Positions 1 to 13,147 of a DNA stretch of 64,000 nt are shown here, one piece after another. Source of the DNA: Octopus vulgaris (lineage: Eukaryota); contig OX597815.1 of assembly GCA_951406725.2 (NCBI GenBank), positions 137,702,001-137,766,000 of the forward strand, given 5' to 3'. Every line of letters starts with the position of its first letter. The stretch's first letter is position 1. The notes under the pieces were generated by a model, which did no database searches, was not told the DNA's origin, and saw only the letters and a program-made list of their open reading frames with translations. The position numbers and the translations under genes are program-made.

Positions 1-170
1 CTAATGTGATTAGAACTTCTTCTATTTTTATAAGGCAGTCTTCAAACTTGCCTACATGGCTTGGGGCATCTGGAGGGCAATATGTAGCACACACAACTAC
101 ATCAAGTTGCCTTATATGTACAATTAGTGTGTCACACACCGAGTTTGAGTATGACAAAAGGACCTGGGGT
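1..170 (-). mobile_element. CR1-type LINE endonuclease-region fragment (runs off the window edge)
   Basis: Closely similar to 25590-25742; minus strand reads PQVLLSYSNSVCDTLIVHIRQL...YCPPDAPSHVGKFEDCL (APE endonuclease region). Confidence 0.8.
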
Positions 171-216
171 ATTTACATGAGTGATGACGCAACCTTTATA
201 TATCAATCATATATAT

Positions 217-2770
217 GATTGATTGATTGATTGATTGATTGATTCTAGTTTCAGCTCACAAACTGTGGCTATGCTGGGGCACCGCCATTTGGTGTTGCTA
301 CATGGTTTTACTTCACGAATGCTTTTTAGCAACTGCCATTTGGTGCATGAGAGAGTTGATGCAGCTGCCCTCATCTGCACCTCCTGCTGTGAAGTTGGTT
401 CATCTGGGATACCTGACAGGAAGAGATCCAGTTTCATTTTAAAGACATCTGCATCCACCCCATGCAGGTCTCTTAGGTTCTTCAGGAGGATATTGAAGAG
501 CTGTGGGCCTCGGAGGCCCAGGCTATCACAGTATCTTGTCCTACATCTTGATGGCAAATTTGGAGTCCTAAGCATCACGCAGTGGCGTCCGGTTCTGGCA
601 TTTGTGTAACTCTCGATGCCAAAGTTTGGGACAAGTCCTTCCAGTATCTTCCAGATGTATATTATGGCATATCTTTCTCGCCTACGCTCCAAGGAATAGA
701 GTTTTAATCTCTTGAGTCTTTCCCAGTAGCTTATATGCTGCACAGAGGCTATCTTCTTTGTGTAGCTACGTTGGATCGCCTCAAGTTCTGTGATCAACTT
801 GACACTGGATGGTGACCATAGCTGAGAGCAATAGTCAAAGTGGCTTAGGACAAGTGTCCTCCAGAGGACCATCATGGTTTCTTGTTCTCTTGTTCTAAAG
901 GTTCTAAGAATCCATCCGGCCAGTCGTCTACATTTCATTGCCAATTTAGCAACATGTACACAAAAGGTTGCGTCATCACTCATGTAAATACCCAGGTCAC
1001 GCACTGATTGTGCCTCTGGGATTGCAATTCCTCCGGGTCCAGTGTATTCATTGGGTATTGCATTTAGTTTTGCATGCTGATAGCATAAAGCTTGAAACTT
1101 TTCAGCATTGAACTGCATGCTATTCTTTTCAGCCCACTTGTATATTTTGTCCAGCTCACGTTGCAGGCATTTAGTGTCTTCAGGGTTCTGTATTGCCTGT
1201 GAAACTTTTGTATCATCTGCATAACTTGTGATCACGGCTCTCTGCGTGGCTGAGGGCATGTCTGAGAGGGCCATTATGAACAGTAGTGGTCCCAAAACAG
1301 TGCCCTGCGGAACACCGCTCACTATTTGCGTGTTAATGGAAGTGGCCCCATTGGCTACTACCACCTGACTTCTATCCTTCAGAAAGTCATGAAGCCATTC
1401 TCCCAGTTTTCCAACTATGCTAAGATCACGCAGTTTGTGACATATCATTCCATGATCGACTTTATCAAAGGCCTTTGCAAAGTCGAGATATATCACTTCC
1501 ACATTTGAGTGGTTGAGCAGTCGTTTCAGCACCCAGTCATAGTGTTGTAGGAGATGAGTTAAGCAGCTTCTTCCTGGTCGGAAACCATGTTGGGTGTCAG
1601 GCAGCAAGTCATTTTCTTCATGGAAGGTGATTAGTTTCCTTCTGACTATTCGTTCCATGACTTTGCTGATGTGTGAGGTCAGAGAGATAGGTCTGTAGTT
1701 CTTGGCCTCCACCCTGCTACCTCCTTTATGAATAGGGCATATTTTACCTTCCTTCAGTTTTCTTGGAAGTTTGCCAGTTGCAAGGAAGCTCTGAAAGAGG
1801 AACTGCAGTGTTCTTGCTAGGACTCTCTTACATACTTTTAGGAAGATTGTCGGAATCCATCGGGGCCAGTAGCTGAGTTTGTTTTCATTTCATCTATAGC
1901 CTTTATTACATCGTCTTCTTTTATATTGATGCAATCAATTATCGCTGCCTCTGATTTTATATCTGCAGTGGTAAAGATGTCAGTTGGATTGGTGATTTGG
2001 AAATGCCCAAGGGGTGGAGTGAAAACACTCTTGAATTGCTCATTCAGTATTTCACTTACCCTCATTGGATTTCCTGTGAGTGTGCCATCCTTTTCAAGGA
2101 GTGGCCCTATCCTACAGTGCACCCTAGCTGTTTCTTTGGCATACCTGTAGAAAGCTCTGGGGATAGATTTTATGTTGTCTATAGCCCAGGCTTCTTTGTC
2201 TGCTCTTTCCTTTTCATGGGAGAGTTGCAGACATTTTTCAATTTCCAGCAGTTTTATTTTCAGGCGGGTGTTTTCACTGCTTTCAATTTGTTTGTTTAGG
2301 TGATTTGAAATTTTTGTACGCCATCTCATTAAAATTTTCCTCTCTCTGGGGATTTTGTTCTTGTGTACAGTGGCCTTTCTCTCTGGGACACATTTGTAGC
2401 ATATGGCTTGCATAACAGACATGAATTGTTGAAGTTTCACGTCGATGTCTGGCGAGGAGAGACATTCAGGCCAGTTTTGTTTGAGGATCTCTTTCTCAAT
2501 TTGTTTTCAGTTTGCCTTATGGAAGTTCAAGCTGGAAAGATTCTGAGAGTTTCTTGTAGGCTGCATGTCCATGCTTTCCTTTGGCCAGTACATGGTCAGC
2601 TCTACCATGTTGTGATCCAAGAGTAGTGTCAGTGTCATTTTCACATTATGGATGAGATCCATATTATTTGTGAAGCAGAGATCCAGTATAGTAACCTGCC
2701 CTGGTTGGTTGGAGTATTACTTGCTCCATGTACAGAGTGTTGATGAGGTTCAGGAGGGACCTCGCCTGTC
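217..2770 (-). mobile_element. 5'-truncated CR1-group LINE: end of APE endonuclease, RT, (ATCA)n tail; frameshifted
   Basis: ORF 207-1712 has NYRPISLTS, QHGFRPGRSC, YLDFAKAFDKVDH, GVPQGTVLGPLLF and YADD; upstream pieces at 1838-2440; (GATT)n at 217-244 is the 3' tail on the minus strand. Confidence 0.92.
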
Positions 2771-2784
2771 CTCGTTCGCATTGT

Positions 2785-5117
2785 GTCATTCCTGAACCAA
2801 ATGAACAAAAGGACCACTTTTATGATATTCTTCTGAAGGGTATCTCAAAGACGAATGACAATGGTCTTATGTGGCTGGTGATTTCAATGGACATGTTGGG
2901 CAGCAACCAGGACACCCTAATTGAGAAATTTGATGAGGAGGAGGAGGAACTACAGTCTTGTAACATAGAAAGCAACTGGGAATTCCTATATGACAGCTTG
3001 CTAAGTGCCACAGACCAAATCTGTGGCTGATGCAAAGTCCCATCCAGACCAAGAGTAACACGGTGATGGAATGATGCTGTACACAATGCCATTAGGGCAA
3101 AGAAACAGGGTTGGAAGGACTGGAAATGTTGGGGTAGCAAGAAATTGTATCAGGCAGCCAGAAGAGAAGCTAGGGAGAAGATATATTTAGCTAGGGAAGT
3201 AACAGAAAAGAAGTTTACGAATGTTCTGTGACATGAGGACCAGATACTTGAAGTCTTTTGGATTGCAAGACAGTGTATGAGAGAAAATCATGATATCATA
3301 GGAGAGAAATGTGTTCACATGGACAACAGTTCACTTGCATTTAATGACTCTGCAAAGAAAGTGGCTTGGAAACACCGTTATGAAAGGCTGCTAAATGTAG
3401 AGAATGAATGGGATGAGGAGAGTCTGCCAAATGTTGACTCAATTGAGGAAGCAGCTACCTGAATTGACAGTATCCTAGTAAATAAAGCAATTAAGGCTAT
3501 GAAGACAGGGAAAGCCCCCGATCCATCAGGAATCACTTCTAAGATGCCCAAAATATTTGGCAGTGTGGGTTATGGTCTAGTCACCTGTATTGTAAATCAG
3601 GTGGCTCATGACGGAATCATACCCAATGACTGATGTAGCAGCACTATAGTCAACTTCTACAAAGGTAAAGGTGCCTTAGATAGAAATAATCACAGAGGTA
3701 TCAAAATATTGGATCAGGTGATGAAAGTCATGGAGAGGGTCATAGCCCAACTAATTAGGGAGGGAGAGAGTCTAGATGAGATGCAGTTTGGTTTTATGTC
3801 ACCGATGCTATACTTCTGGTAAGGCAGCTGCAGGAGAAATACCTAGCCAAAGATAAATCTCTGTACTTGGCTTTTGTTGACATCAAGAAAGCCTTTGACA
3901 GGATTCCCCGATCCCTTATCTGGTAGTCAATGTGGAAACTAGGGATATACAAGTGATTGGTGAGAGCTGTACAAGCCATATACAGGGATGCTATCAGCAA
4001 GGTGAGCGTTGGCAACAAGTATAGCAAAGAATTCAGGGTATAAGTAGATGTTCACCAAGGATCTGTCCACAGTCCCCTATTGTTCCTCATAATCCTCCAT
4101 GCAATAACCGGAATTTAAAACAGGCTGCCCCTGGGAGCTCCTCTATGCTGATGACCTTGTTCTTACAGTTGAATCACTATCAGAACTAGAGAAGAAGTTT
4201 CAGGTCTGGAAGCAAGGTCTAGAATAGAAGGGCCTTAGAATTAACCTAGCAAAAACCAAAGTCTTAGTAAGTAATTCCCCTCAGGTAGATTGCCCTGCTC
4301 AATTTGTAGGTAATATAGGTAGAAATTACATGTGATGTACCCAGGGTAAACTATGGACACATAAGAGGTGCAGCAATATATGAATAAGATTAACAAGGAA
4401 ACTAGTTTCTGTGTGTAGAAGGTTTACAGGTATGATTAACACTAAAAATGTACAGAAAATAGACTCGTGCATAGGCTTGAAAGAAACGAAGCTAGCATGC
4501 TTTGCTAGATGTGCAATGTCAGTATGCATGCACAACAGAGTATAAATGTCTTGAGAGAAAAGCTGGGCATAAGATGTGGTGTGCAAGAGAGATGACTGCA
4601 TTGGTCTGGTCACTTAACAAATATGGATGTAGACAGCTGTGTGAAGAAGTGCCAATCTCTACTAGTGGAAGGAAGTTATAGAAGAGGGAGACCTAGGAAA
4701 ACAGGGGATGGTGTGGTGAAGCATGGTCTTCGAACAGTGGACCTCATGGAGGCAATGACTAGAGACCGAAACATTTAGCAATATGCCATGCTTGGAAAGA
4801 CCCATCAAGCAAAGTGAAATCATAGTCGTGGCCATTGTTGGAGTCACATAACAAGCAGCTGTGCCAGTGGCACATAAAAAGCACCTTTTGAGTGTTGGGC
4901 CTCACAGAAGCAATATGGCCGATGCTGGTGTCCTGGAACTAGCAACCATGCCAGTGGCACATAAAAACACCCATTACACACTCAGACTGGTTGGTGTTAG
5001 GAAGGGCATCCAGCTGTAGAAACCATACCAGATCAGACTGTAAACTGATGCAACCCCCCAGCTTATTGGTCGAATCATCAAACCCATGCCAGCATGAACG
5101 ATGATGATGATGATGAT
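2785..5117 (+). mobile_element. Degenerate RTE-clade LINE with 3' UTR and (GAT)n tail
   Basis: Broken frames give GDFNGHVG, DEMQFGF, QLQEKYLAKDKSLYLAFVD, VHQGS and ELLYADDL; ends CCATGCCAGCATG...GATGATGATGAT at ~5084-5117. Confidence 0.88.
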
Positions 5118-5169
5118 ATGACTTAGTGAAGAATGTCAGCAAAAGGATCTTATATATTATTTAGTGTAG

Positions 5170-6480
5170 AGTGTCAGCAAGAGGATCTCAAACCTGTCCT
5201 CAAATCAAGAAATTTTTGACAATGCTGCCCCTATTACAACGAGGCCCTGGTTTAAGGATCACATCTATATGCTGGGCCCTAACACCTGCAAAAGAAAGCA
5301 CCACCAGAAGGTCACTTGGTTTGCCTTACCCTTCTCTCTCAATGTTAAAACATGTAGGAAGGATTTTCCTTAGGTTAATGGATAAGCACTTCATGCAGAC
5401 ACACAAGTATAAATGTTTGTTCAATAAGCAGAACCTAAAAGTCTCCTTTAGTTGCATGCCCAACATTAAAACAAATATTAGTGAACACCCCTAAAATGTG
5501 AGCAGAGGCTAGTTGGTCATGCAGAGAGTACAATGACTGCCCAGTGGGAAGACAATGTGAGACTGAGAGGGTCATATATGAGGCTATAGTGGTATCCGGC
5601 CCTAACAACCAGAATAATAGCAGCAGCAGCTCATCCAACAACATTGGCAACAACAACAGCAGTTGCGGAGGTGGTGGTAGCACCAATGCATTATGTTGCA
5701 AAGATACCAACATTGACAACTACAACCACAGCACCAATACTGGAAGTATAGCCAGAGATGACAGCCATGGCAGTAGCAGTGGGAGTACTGGTCCCACACC
5801 CAGAAATAACAACATCGATGGCAGCTCCAGCAATACCAACACTGCAGCTGGCAATGACGACTACACTAGCAACAGCAGTATCACCAGACCTATGCCCTTC
5901 AATAACAGCAGCAATGGTCACAACAGCAGCTCCAACAACAACAGTGGCAACAACAACATCAGGCCTGGAGCCAATAGAAAAAACACCAGAGGTAATAACA
6001 CAACCCACACCCAAGTTCAGTGATACATTGTTTCAGCCAGAACTGCCATTAAGCAAAGCCTGAACAACCATAGGTTTTCTTTTGCTATTCCAGAAAGACA
6101 TTATGTCACATCCCTAGCCAGCCACATATGGTGCCTTAAGGATGAAGATATTCCATATGAAATTAAATGGAGGCTCATAGAGCAACCAGGGTCCTATATA
6201 AACAAGAATGGATGATGCAAGCTTTGCATACAAGAGCGGACAAGGATCCTTAAAGACTCGTTTGTCCCAAGGACACTTTTAAACTCCAGGAATGACATCT
6301 ATAGCCCTTATCTACATTTTAAATGTTACCTGTTGTAGAGGTGGGATTCCCTATACATTGAAAAGGGCTATAAAAAATAATTGCAGACTGGAACTAACCA
6401 AAGGGTGGTGATTCATCAATTAGGACCATAAAAATTTGTTGACCAGACTGACCTAAGGGCAATAACCTGTCCTGTTTTAA
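5170..6480 (+). mobile_element. Penelope-like element 3' part (RT C-terminus/linker plus GIY-YIG endonuclease), pseudogenised
   Basis: KVTWF..PFSLNVK; VGRIFLRLMDKHF..LFNKQNLKVSFSCMPNIK; CPVGRQCETERVIYEAIV; YIVSARTAIKQSLNNHRFSF..TSLASHIWCLK..IKWRLIE..CKLCIQE..LLNSRNDI. Confidence 0.85.
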
Positions 6481-6896
6481 GGCTTAGACACGTGGATTTT
6501 AGCGACGAAAATATTTTGACAAATTCAACTTAAATGTTGAAGTGAATCGAACGGCTTTTGTGTGTTTCTTAAATGGCTTACAAACACCTTCCACGCTGCA
6601 ATTGTTTTCGTTCCAGCACACAATCTCAGATCAAATCACTTGCTATGCGAGTACATTTCCGTAATATATGTTTTGTTTATAAATTAACTGACAGTAATGG
6701 TTTTCTATCTTCAATTTGAAAAGTGGTTACATGTCTACAGACAATAGGAGTCTGACAAATTGTCTATAAGGTTAAGGGCTTAATGGATGCGAGGCCATTG
6801 GTTACTCTATGACCAACCATATAATTAACTTCTTGTAAATACATTACTGCTGTCATGTTAAGAGTGTACTTCTTTTTCATATATATGATGTACTGT

Positions 6897-6948
<52 letters not shown>

Positions 6949-7224
6949 TATATCCATGGAAATTTACTCAATAAAAATACAAAGAATAAACAGATGGTGC
7001 AAACAGATTATCTTTTCACAGGAAGTTCTTTCTAAAATTTGTTTCTCTCCACATAGAAGAGTGCTTGGTTTCAGTATTTAAACTGCCAAAACAACAGGAC
7101 TATTTGAATTGCAGTTTTCTGAGGTTTAGAATATCTAGGGATAGATATGGAGATCTATAGTATAACATTTTTTTAGTCAAATTCCAACCCTTAAAGACAA
7201 CTTGGAGCAGACATTTTATCTTTC

Positions 7225-7472
7225 CTTTTATCATTTCCTTGTTTCAATCATAAAATTGCAACCATGGTGGGGCTTGAAGGATTTTACTTGACCAAATTAA
7301 CCCCAATATTTATTTTTTTAAACCTGGTACTTATTCCATCAGTTTTTTGGGGTTTTTTTGCTGAACAGCTAAGTTATGGAGACATAATCAAATATCAACA
7401 CCAATTGACAAGTGGTGCTGGGAGGCAAACACAAACAGACTGACAGGTGTTTGTGTGTGTGTGTGTGTGTGT
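7225..7472 (-). mobile_element. SINE 3' part (diverged)
   Basis: Similar to 57640-57850 (CTGGTACTTATTC..., GCTGAACAGCTAAGTTATGG). Confidence 0.65.
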
Positions 7473-7489
7473 GTGCGCGCACGCTCTCC

Positions 7490-8780
7490 AGGAGAAGCAC
7501 ATTAACACTATCTTCATAGTCAGGCAACTTCAGAAGTATTTAACTAAGAATAAACCATTGTACTTGACATCAGCCGAACTGGAGAAAGCTTTCAAAAGAG
7601 TACCTCACTCTGTGATATGGTGGTCTCTGAGGAAGCTAAGAACAGACAAATGACTTGTGAATGATGTACAATAGACTGTCAGTAAGGTAAAAGTTAAGCA
7701 TTAGTACAGTAATGAATTTAGAGTACAGTGATGAATGTAGTGTACAGGGCTCAGTTCTCAGTTCCTGCCTATTCATCATTGTCTTCCAGGCCATAACAAA
7801 GGAATTCAAGATCGACTGCCCATAGCAGCTATCATATGCTGATGATCTTGTTCTTATAGCACAATCTGTAACAGAACTGAACAATAAATTCCCGATGTGG
7901 AAACAAACCTGGGAGTCAAAGGACCTTAAAGCTAACTTTGTGAAGACAAGGTTCTAGTAAGCAAGAAAAAAGACAGGACTCTACCCATTTCAGGTAAACA
8001 GCTTGGCTTAATATATAGTAAAGGGATAAGCAGAAATTCCATTCAGTGTATCTAGTGCAAGTTATGGACACAAGACTTGCAGTAGAATCATGTGAAGGCT
8101 AACAGAGAAAGTAATGTTTATGTGTGGAAGTAGAACTGGAGCCATAAATTCTACAGATATATGGGAAACAGACTTTCTCAAGTACTCTGAAAGCTCTCTA
8201 TAGGTAATAGACAATTTCTGTTCCCTAGGTTACCTAATTAGCAATAGTGAAGGAGGATGTTCCAAAGTGTAATAGCTAGAATAAGAATAGGGTGGAGAAA
8301 ATTCAGAGAGCTTCCAAGTCTGATTGCAACCAAAAGTTTCTCTCTCTGAGTGAAAGGAAGATTTTATGATGCATGTGTATGAACAGTAATACTATATGGC
8401 AGTGAAATATGGGCCCTAAATGCAGATGACATGCAAAGACTAGAGAGGAATGAAGTTAGTATGCTCCATTGGATGTCCAGTGCCAGTGTACATATACAAC
8501 ACAATGCTAATGTAGTGAAAGAAAAGATGAGCAAAGAGGAATTAGATGCAGTGTGAAAGAGAGAACGCTGCACTGATATGGTCATGAGATTCATATGGAA
8601 TAGAACAGTTGTATAAAGAAATGCCAATGACAAAGTGGATGGGACATGTGGAAGAAGGAGACCTAGGAAGATATGGGATGAAGTACTGAAGGCTGATCGC
8701 CAGATGCTGCGACTTATGGAAAAGATGACAAAGGACTGATATGTCAAGTGTCTTTCTGTGCTCAAGAAAACCTATCCACC
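7490..8780 (+). mobile_element. Old RTE LINE RT fragment
   Basis: IFIVRQLQKYLTKNKPLYL, LSYADDL, YGSEIW; homologous to 3800-4800. Confidence 0.82.
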
Positions 8781-9504
8781 ACAGTAGAATTGATATCCTA
8801 AAATCATCTTGGTAAGTGCTTGCATGTGCAGGGTTCTACCCCATCTCCATACCTCATCAAACATTTCTTCCACATCTCATTTCCTAATACACTTTACTTC
8901 TCTATATGGTATTATTTAGCTAGCTACTATATTCACCCAAGAGCAGAATAAGCACATAGTACATACCCTCCCCTGGTTATCTTCCTCAGAACCACCTCCA
9001 TTTATCATCATCTTCCCTACCTTCTCTTTCAACTTCCTTTATTTGCCTTCAGTCACTGCTTTCTCCTCTCTGCTACACTTCATCTTTAATACTTCTCTTA
9101 TTTGCAATAACTTCTACTACCCTCACATATCTACCATAGTCCCTCCCTTCTTATATCTCTAATCATCTCTCCTCATATTCGTATGAAACTTCTCCCTCTA
9201 TTGTTCACTGCCCAATCACTCAGTCCAATCCTATGCATTACTTCGCTATATTCCCCCACCCCACTATATCTTGAGAATATGTCCTGACACATCTCCACCA
9301 ACATCTCTCTCTCCCCCTCTATCTTTCTCTCTAAGTCATTTTGTCTCTCCTTTTTCTAACTGGAGTATACGTGTATTTTCTTCTACAGCAAGACACCTAT
9401 TTCTATTCCTCTATTATTCTTTTTAATCTTTCATCAACTGACATAAAGCTACCTCTCTCAATACTACTCATCCTCCACTCAAGGGGGGTTTTAGCTTCTT
9501 AGTT

Positions 9505-9682
9505 AATTGGTGACCTTGCCAGTGCTGATGCCACACAAAAAGCACCCAGGAAGGGCATCCACCTGCAGAAACCATATCAAAGCAAACAATAGAGCTTGGT
9601 AGTCCGCTATATTGTCAAACTCATCAAATCATCTCACCCATGCCAGCATGAAAAAATGTACATTAAATGATGATGATGATTA
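9505..9682 (+). mobile_element. RTE 3' UTR/tail remnant
   Basis: GGAAGGGCATCC...CCCATGCCAGCATG...TGATGATGATG, as at 5000-5117. Confidence 0.65.
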
Positions 9683-9684
9683 TC

Positions 9685-9715
<31 letters not shown>

Positions 9716-10161
9716 CTTACTTACTAAAATATACTGACAATTTGAAAAAGAAAGAAGTGAACTTAAGCTTTTATTTACTTACAATTCAATCAGCTCTAGA
9801 AAACAATATACACACTTTAATTTATACTTATTCAGTAAGATGCAAATTTACACTATTAATATCCAGCACAAGTCCACATACTCAACAAAAGAAGTGTCAA
9901 CATATTTAAACAAATGAACCAATATATTCACCTGATTAATATTGAATTCACTCATTTTTACTTTCCATTATATCTTGCAAACAACTTGCACATGCAAGTG
10001 CTACCAGTTAAAAGCTCCGTATATCGGAAGCTAGCAAGTGTATGGGGTCATCAGGAGAGAATGCGCGCCGTTTCAGGGCCTACCTCTCGACGGCATCAAT
10101 GCGCACCGGCCCCCTCACTGATATGAGGCCCCGCTTGCTAGATCAGCTGGTTATGAAGAAC

Positions 10162-11073
10162 TCAATATACTTCTAGCCATCGCTCATCGTCTCTTTTTAA
10201 CCAAATCCAGTGGCTAGCCTTCTCCACTGTAGATTGGATATCAGTCATGGTGGTATTGACTTTACGATGAGTTAGGCCTAACGATAACAACAGTCGTCTC
10301 ACGCTGTGTCCTACAAACCCTCTACATCCGACTTCGATAGGAAAATGTTCCGCTTTCCAGCCTGCGTCTTCACATTCCTCAAGGTTTTCATAACGGTTTA
10401 ATTTTCGAGCTCGAGCGGCGTCCATATTATCTTCGTGAGGAACCGTTAGCTCGACTATATTTACAACTTTCTTTATTTCACACCACATCAAAATATCTGG
10501 TTTTTTCGAAACTGGGATGGGAAAGAAAACCTGGCACCCAGGTAAATCTGCAGTTACCTCCCAATAGCCGTTCCACTTTTCATTTTTCTCAGGAAGTTTC
10601 TTGGTCTTCTTGAAACGGATCTGCTGACCTGGTCGCACGAAGGTAATGAACTCTCTTGATGGTACTTTTAACGATTTTTCTTCAGTGTTGTTGAGATGAA
10701 TTTGGTTCTTTATAGCATTGAAGATAACCTTAAGGACCAAGTTGTGCCTCCATGTGTACCTGTTCAATGCTAATGAACAGTTGGAAAGAATATGTTTTAG
10801 TGTACCGACTTTTCCACATTTGCAGATGTCATTCTCTAAGACGTTCCATCTTACTAGATTCGTAGGTGATGGCAAAACATCATAAGATGAACGAATCAGG
10901 AAACTCAGCCGAGATGTTGTCCACTTCCACATCTCATCCCAACTTATCTTCCTCTCAATATGTTCTTCCCATCTCGTCATCTGACCTTGATGAACACATC
11001 GGATCAAATGAAGCTCTCTTCTCTCTGCTTCTCTTGTTTTGACGCTGTTGCTAACAACAGATCTGCGATTCAC
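10162..11073 (-). pseudogene. CCHC plus restriction-like endonuclease part of the Hero-like element ORF
   Basis: CKCGKVGTLKHILSNC, RYTWRHN, KPDILMW, IVELTVP, RKLNRY, FPIEVGCRG. Confidence 0.9.
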
Positions 11074-13147
11074 GCGGCATCATGCTTGCAAACGGTCTGA
11101 ACTGATCTGCGCCAAAACCAAATCCTTTCCGATGGTTCTGCGTTGCTCCCACCATATCTCTGTGTGTAAGAGAAGACAAGATGTTGTCAGTTTCTGCTTC
11201 TGCTTTCCACTTCCTGGCTGTTTTCACCTCTGGTGGGTTACGCCTGATTTCCATATCCTTCGATTCTCTCAGCATTATGACCATCCGTATCTTCCCCAAC
11301 TTATATATTTCGACTATTGATGCTATTGGTAACTGCAACGAACCTCTTTTACGATAAAGAGCTGAGCTGTTCAACATACGAGGTAGACCTAGCCACTTTC
11401 TAATGAACACATTACATTTTTGTTCAATCTTTTCAACTCGTGACAATGCTATCTCGTATATTAAAAGTGGCCACGCAAGTCGCGGGTACAAGCCGAACTG
11501 CAAGCACCAAATTTTATATTTACCTGGTAACTTCGAAACATCAATCGCTGATAACCCAGCCTCGGCCTGTTTCATAATTTCAATCCCACGACTTCTATCT
11601 GACAATGTTCCAGCGTATACTCGTCCCAAGCTCTTGACGGGCTCTTCCTTGACTGTTGGAATGCTTTCTTCAGATATTCGAAATTTAAATTCTTTCTGCA
11701 CTCCCTTAACAAATGTCAGACTACGCGACTTTTTTGCTCTAAATCGCATCCTTGACCACCTTACAAGTTCGTCTAATCTCAAAAGGGCATTCTGCATGAT
11801 TTGTTTATCTGTAGCTAGAAGTGTCACATCATCCATGAAGGCTTTCTTAGGCGATTGTACATGGGCGATTTGTTCCGAAAAATCTACACCTTTCAAAATC
11901 AACTCCATGACTAAGATAAACCACGTGACAGATATTGTACAGCCAGCAGCAATGCCAACCTCCAATCGGTGCCAATTTGTTGTAAAATTTCCAGTTGTAA
12001 ACAACATTTCGAAACTTTCATAGTACATCCTCATTATTTTGATCACTTTGTCGGGAATGTGGAAGTGGTCCATGGCTGTTATTAGTAATTTGTGTGGCAC
12101 TGAACCATACGCGTTAGCTAGGTCGAGCCATACCACGTTCAGACTTTTCTTGTTCAGTTTGGCATCCTGGATCGCTTTCCAAACCGAAAAACAGTGTTCA
12201 ACGCATCCAGGGATCCCAGGGATTCCGGCCTTTTGAACAGATTCATCAACATATCCGTTACTCTGTAAATATGTCACTGTTCTCCTCGACAGAATTCCCA
12301 TAAAGATCTTGCCTTCCACATTCAATAAGGATATCGGCCTAAACTGTTTTATGGTCTTTGCATTGGCCTCTTTCGGCAGGTATATACCTTCTGCCTTACA
12401 CCAATCCTCTACTATAGTCTCCTCGCGCCACAGTTGTCGGATTAGGACGAAGAGCTTCTTTTGCAGACGATTGCAGTATTTGTAGACTTTATATGAGACG
12501 TCATCACCTCCTGGGGCACTCTTTGCTCTAGCTTTTCTTACGAAGTCATTCACCTCTCTCTCCCTGATGTCCCCAATCTGGAATTCGATATCAGGTCCTG
12601 AGAGATGATTTAGCCCATGTAGAGGTGGCAGCGGCTGATTACGGTGCGGATCGCTGTAGGTTTCCTTGATATGAGCATCCAATTCTTCTTTAGTGCACGA
12701 TAAAGTACCACTCTTCGGTTCAGTGAACAGCTTCTTAGTAAACCCGTACAGGTCCTTCAGAAACTGCCCCCGAGTCCTTTTACTTTCTTTTCGACGCTCA
12801 TATCGGCGGATATGTCGTTGCACATAACGACATTTCCTCTTCAAATCGTTATACAGCAACGCAAGGCCAGGTTTCTCATCTAGTGCAGCACATTTCCATC
12901 GCTTTCTTAAGTCGGACTTTTCCTTCCTCAACTGCTGCATTTTTCTGATCCTCCTGCTTGGTCCACACTTTCCTCTCTCTAGTCGGATATTCTCTTTTAT
13001 TCCAAATAAATCTCTTCCTATATTGTATATTGAGCTTGATAATTTTCCCAGTTTCTCCACTGTAGAGCCTGTCATTTTATAAAGAGTCCGACAAACCTTG
13101 TTTTCAAACTCTTTATATTTCACTTTCTCATTAGCAGCAGGCCACAA
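11051..13147 (-). pseudogene. Reverse transcriptase part of the Hero-like element ORF
   Basis: FRPISLLNVEGKIF, SVQKAGIPGIPGCVEH, WLDLANAYGSVPH, GIAAGCTIS, AFMDD, PVKSLGR; frameshift near 11060. Confidence 0.92.

Noticed and set aside
5758-6063. Thr/Ala/Pro-rich mucin-like ORF as a host gene
   Set aside because: Alternative frame of the triplet-rich insert inside the Penelope GIY-YIG domain.
11403-12023. Antisense ORFs over RT regions (also 235-609, 24407-24823 and 27341-27760)
   Set aside because: Shadow frames of transposon ORFs with no independent motifs.
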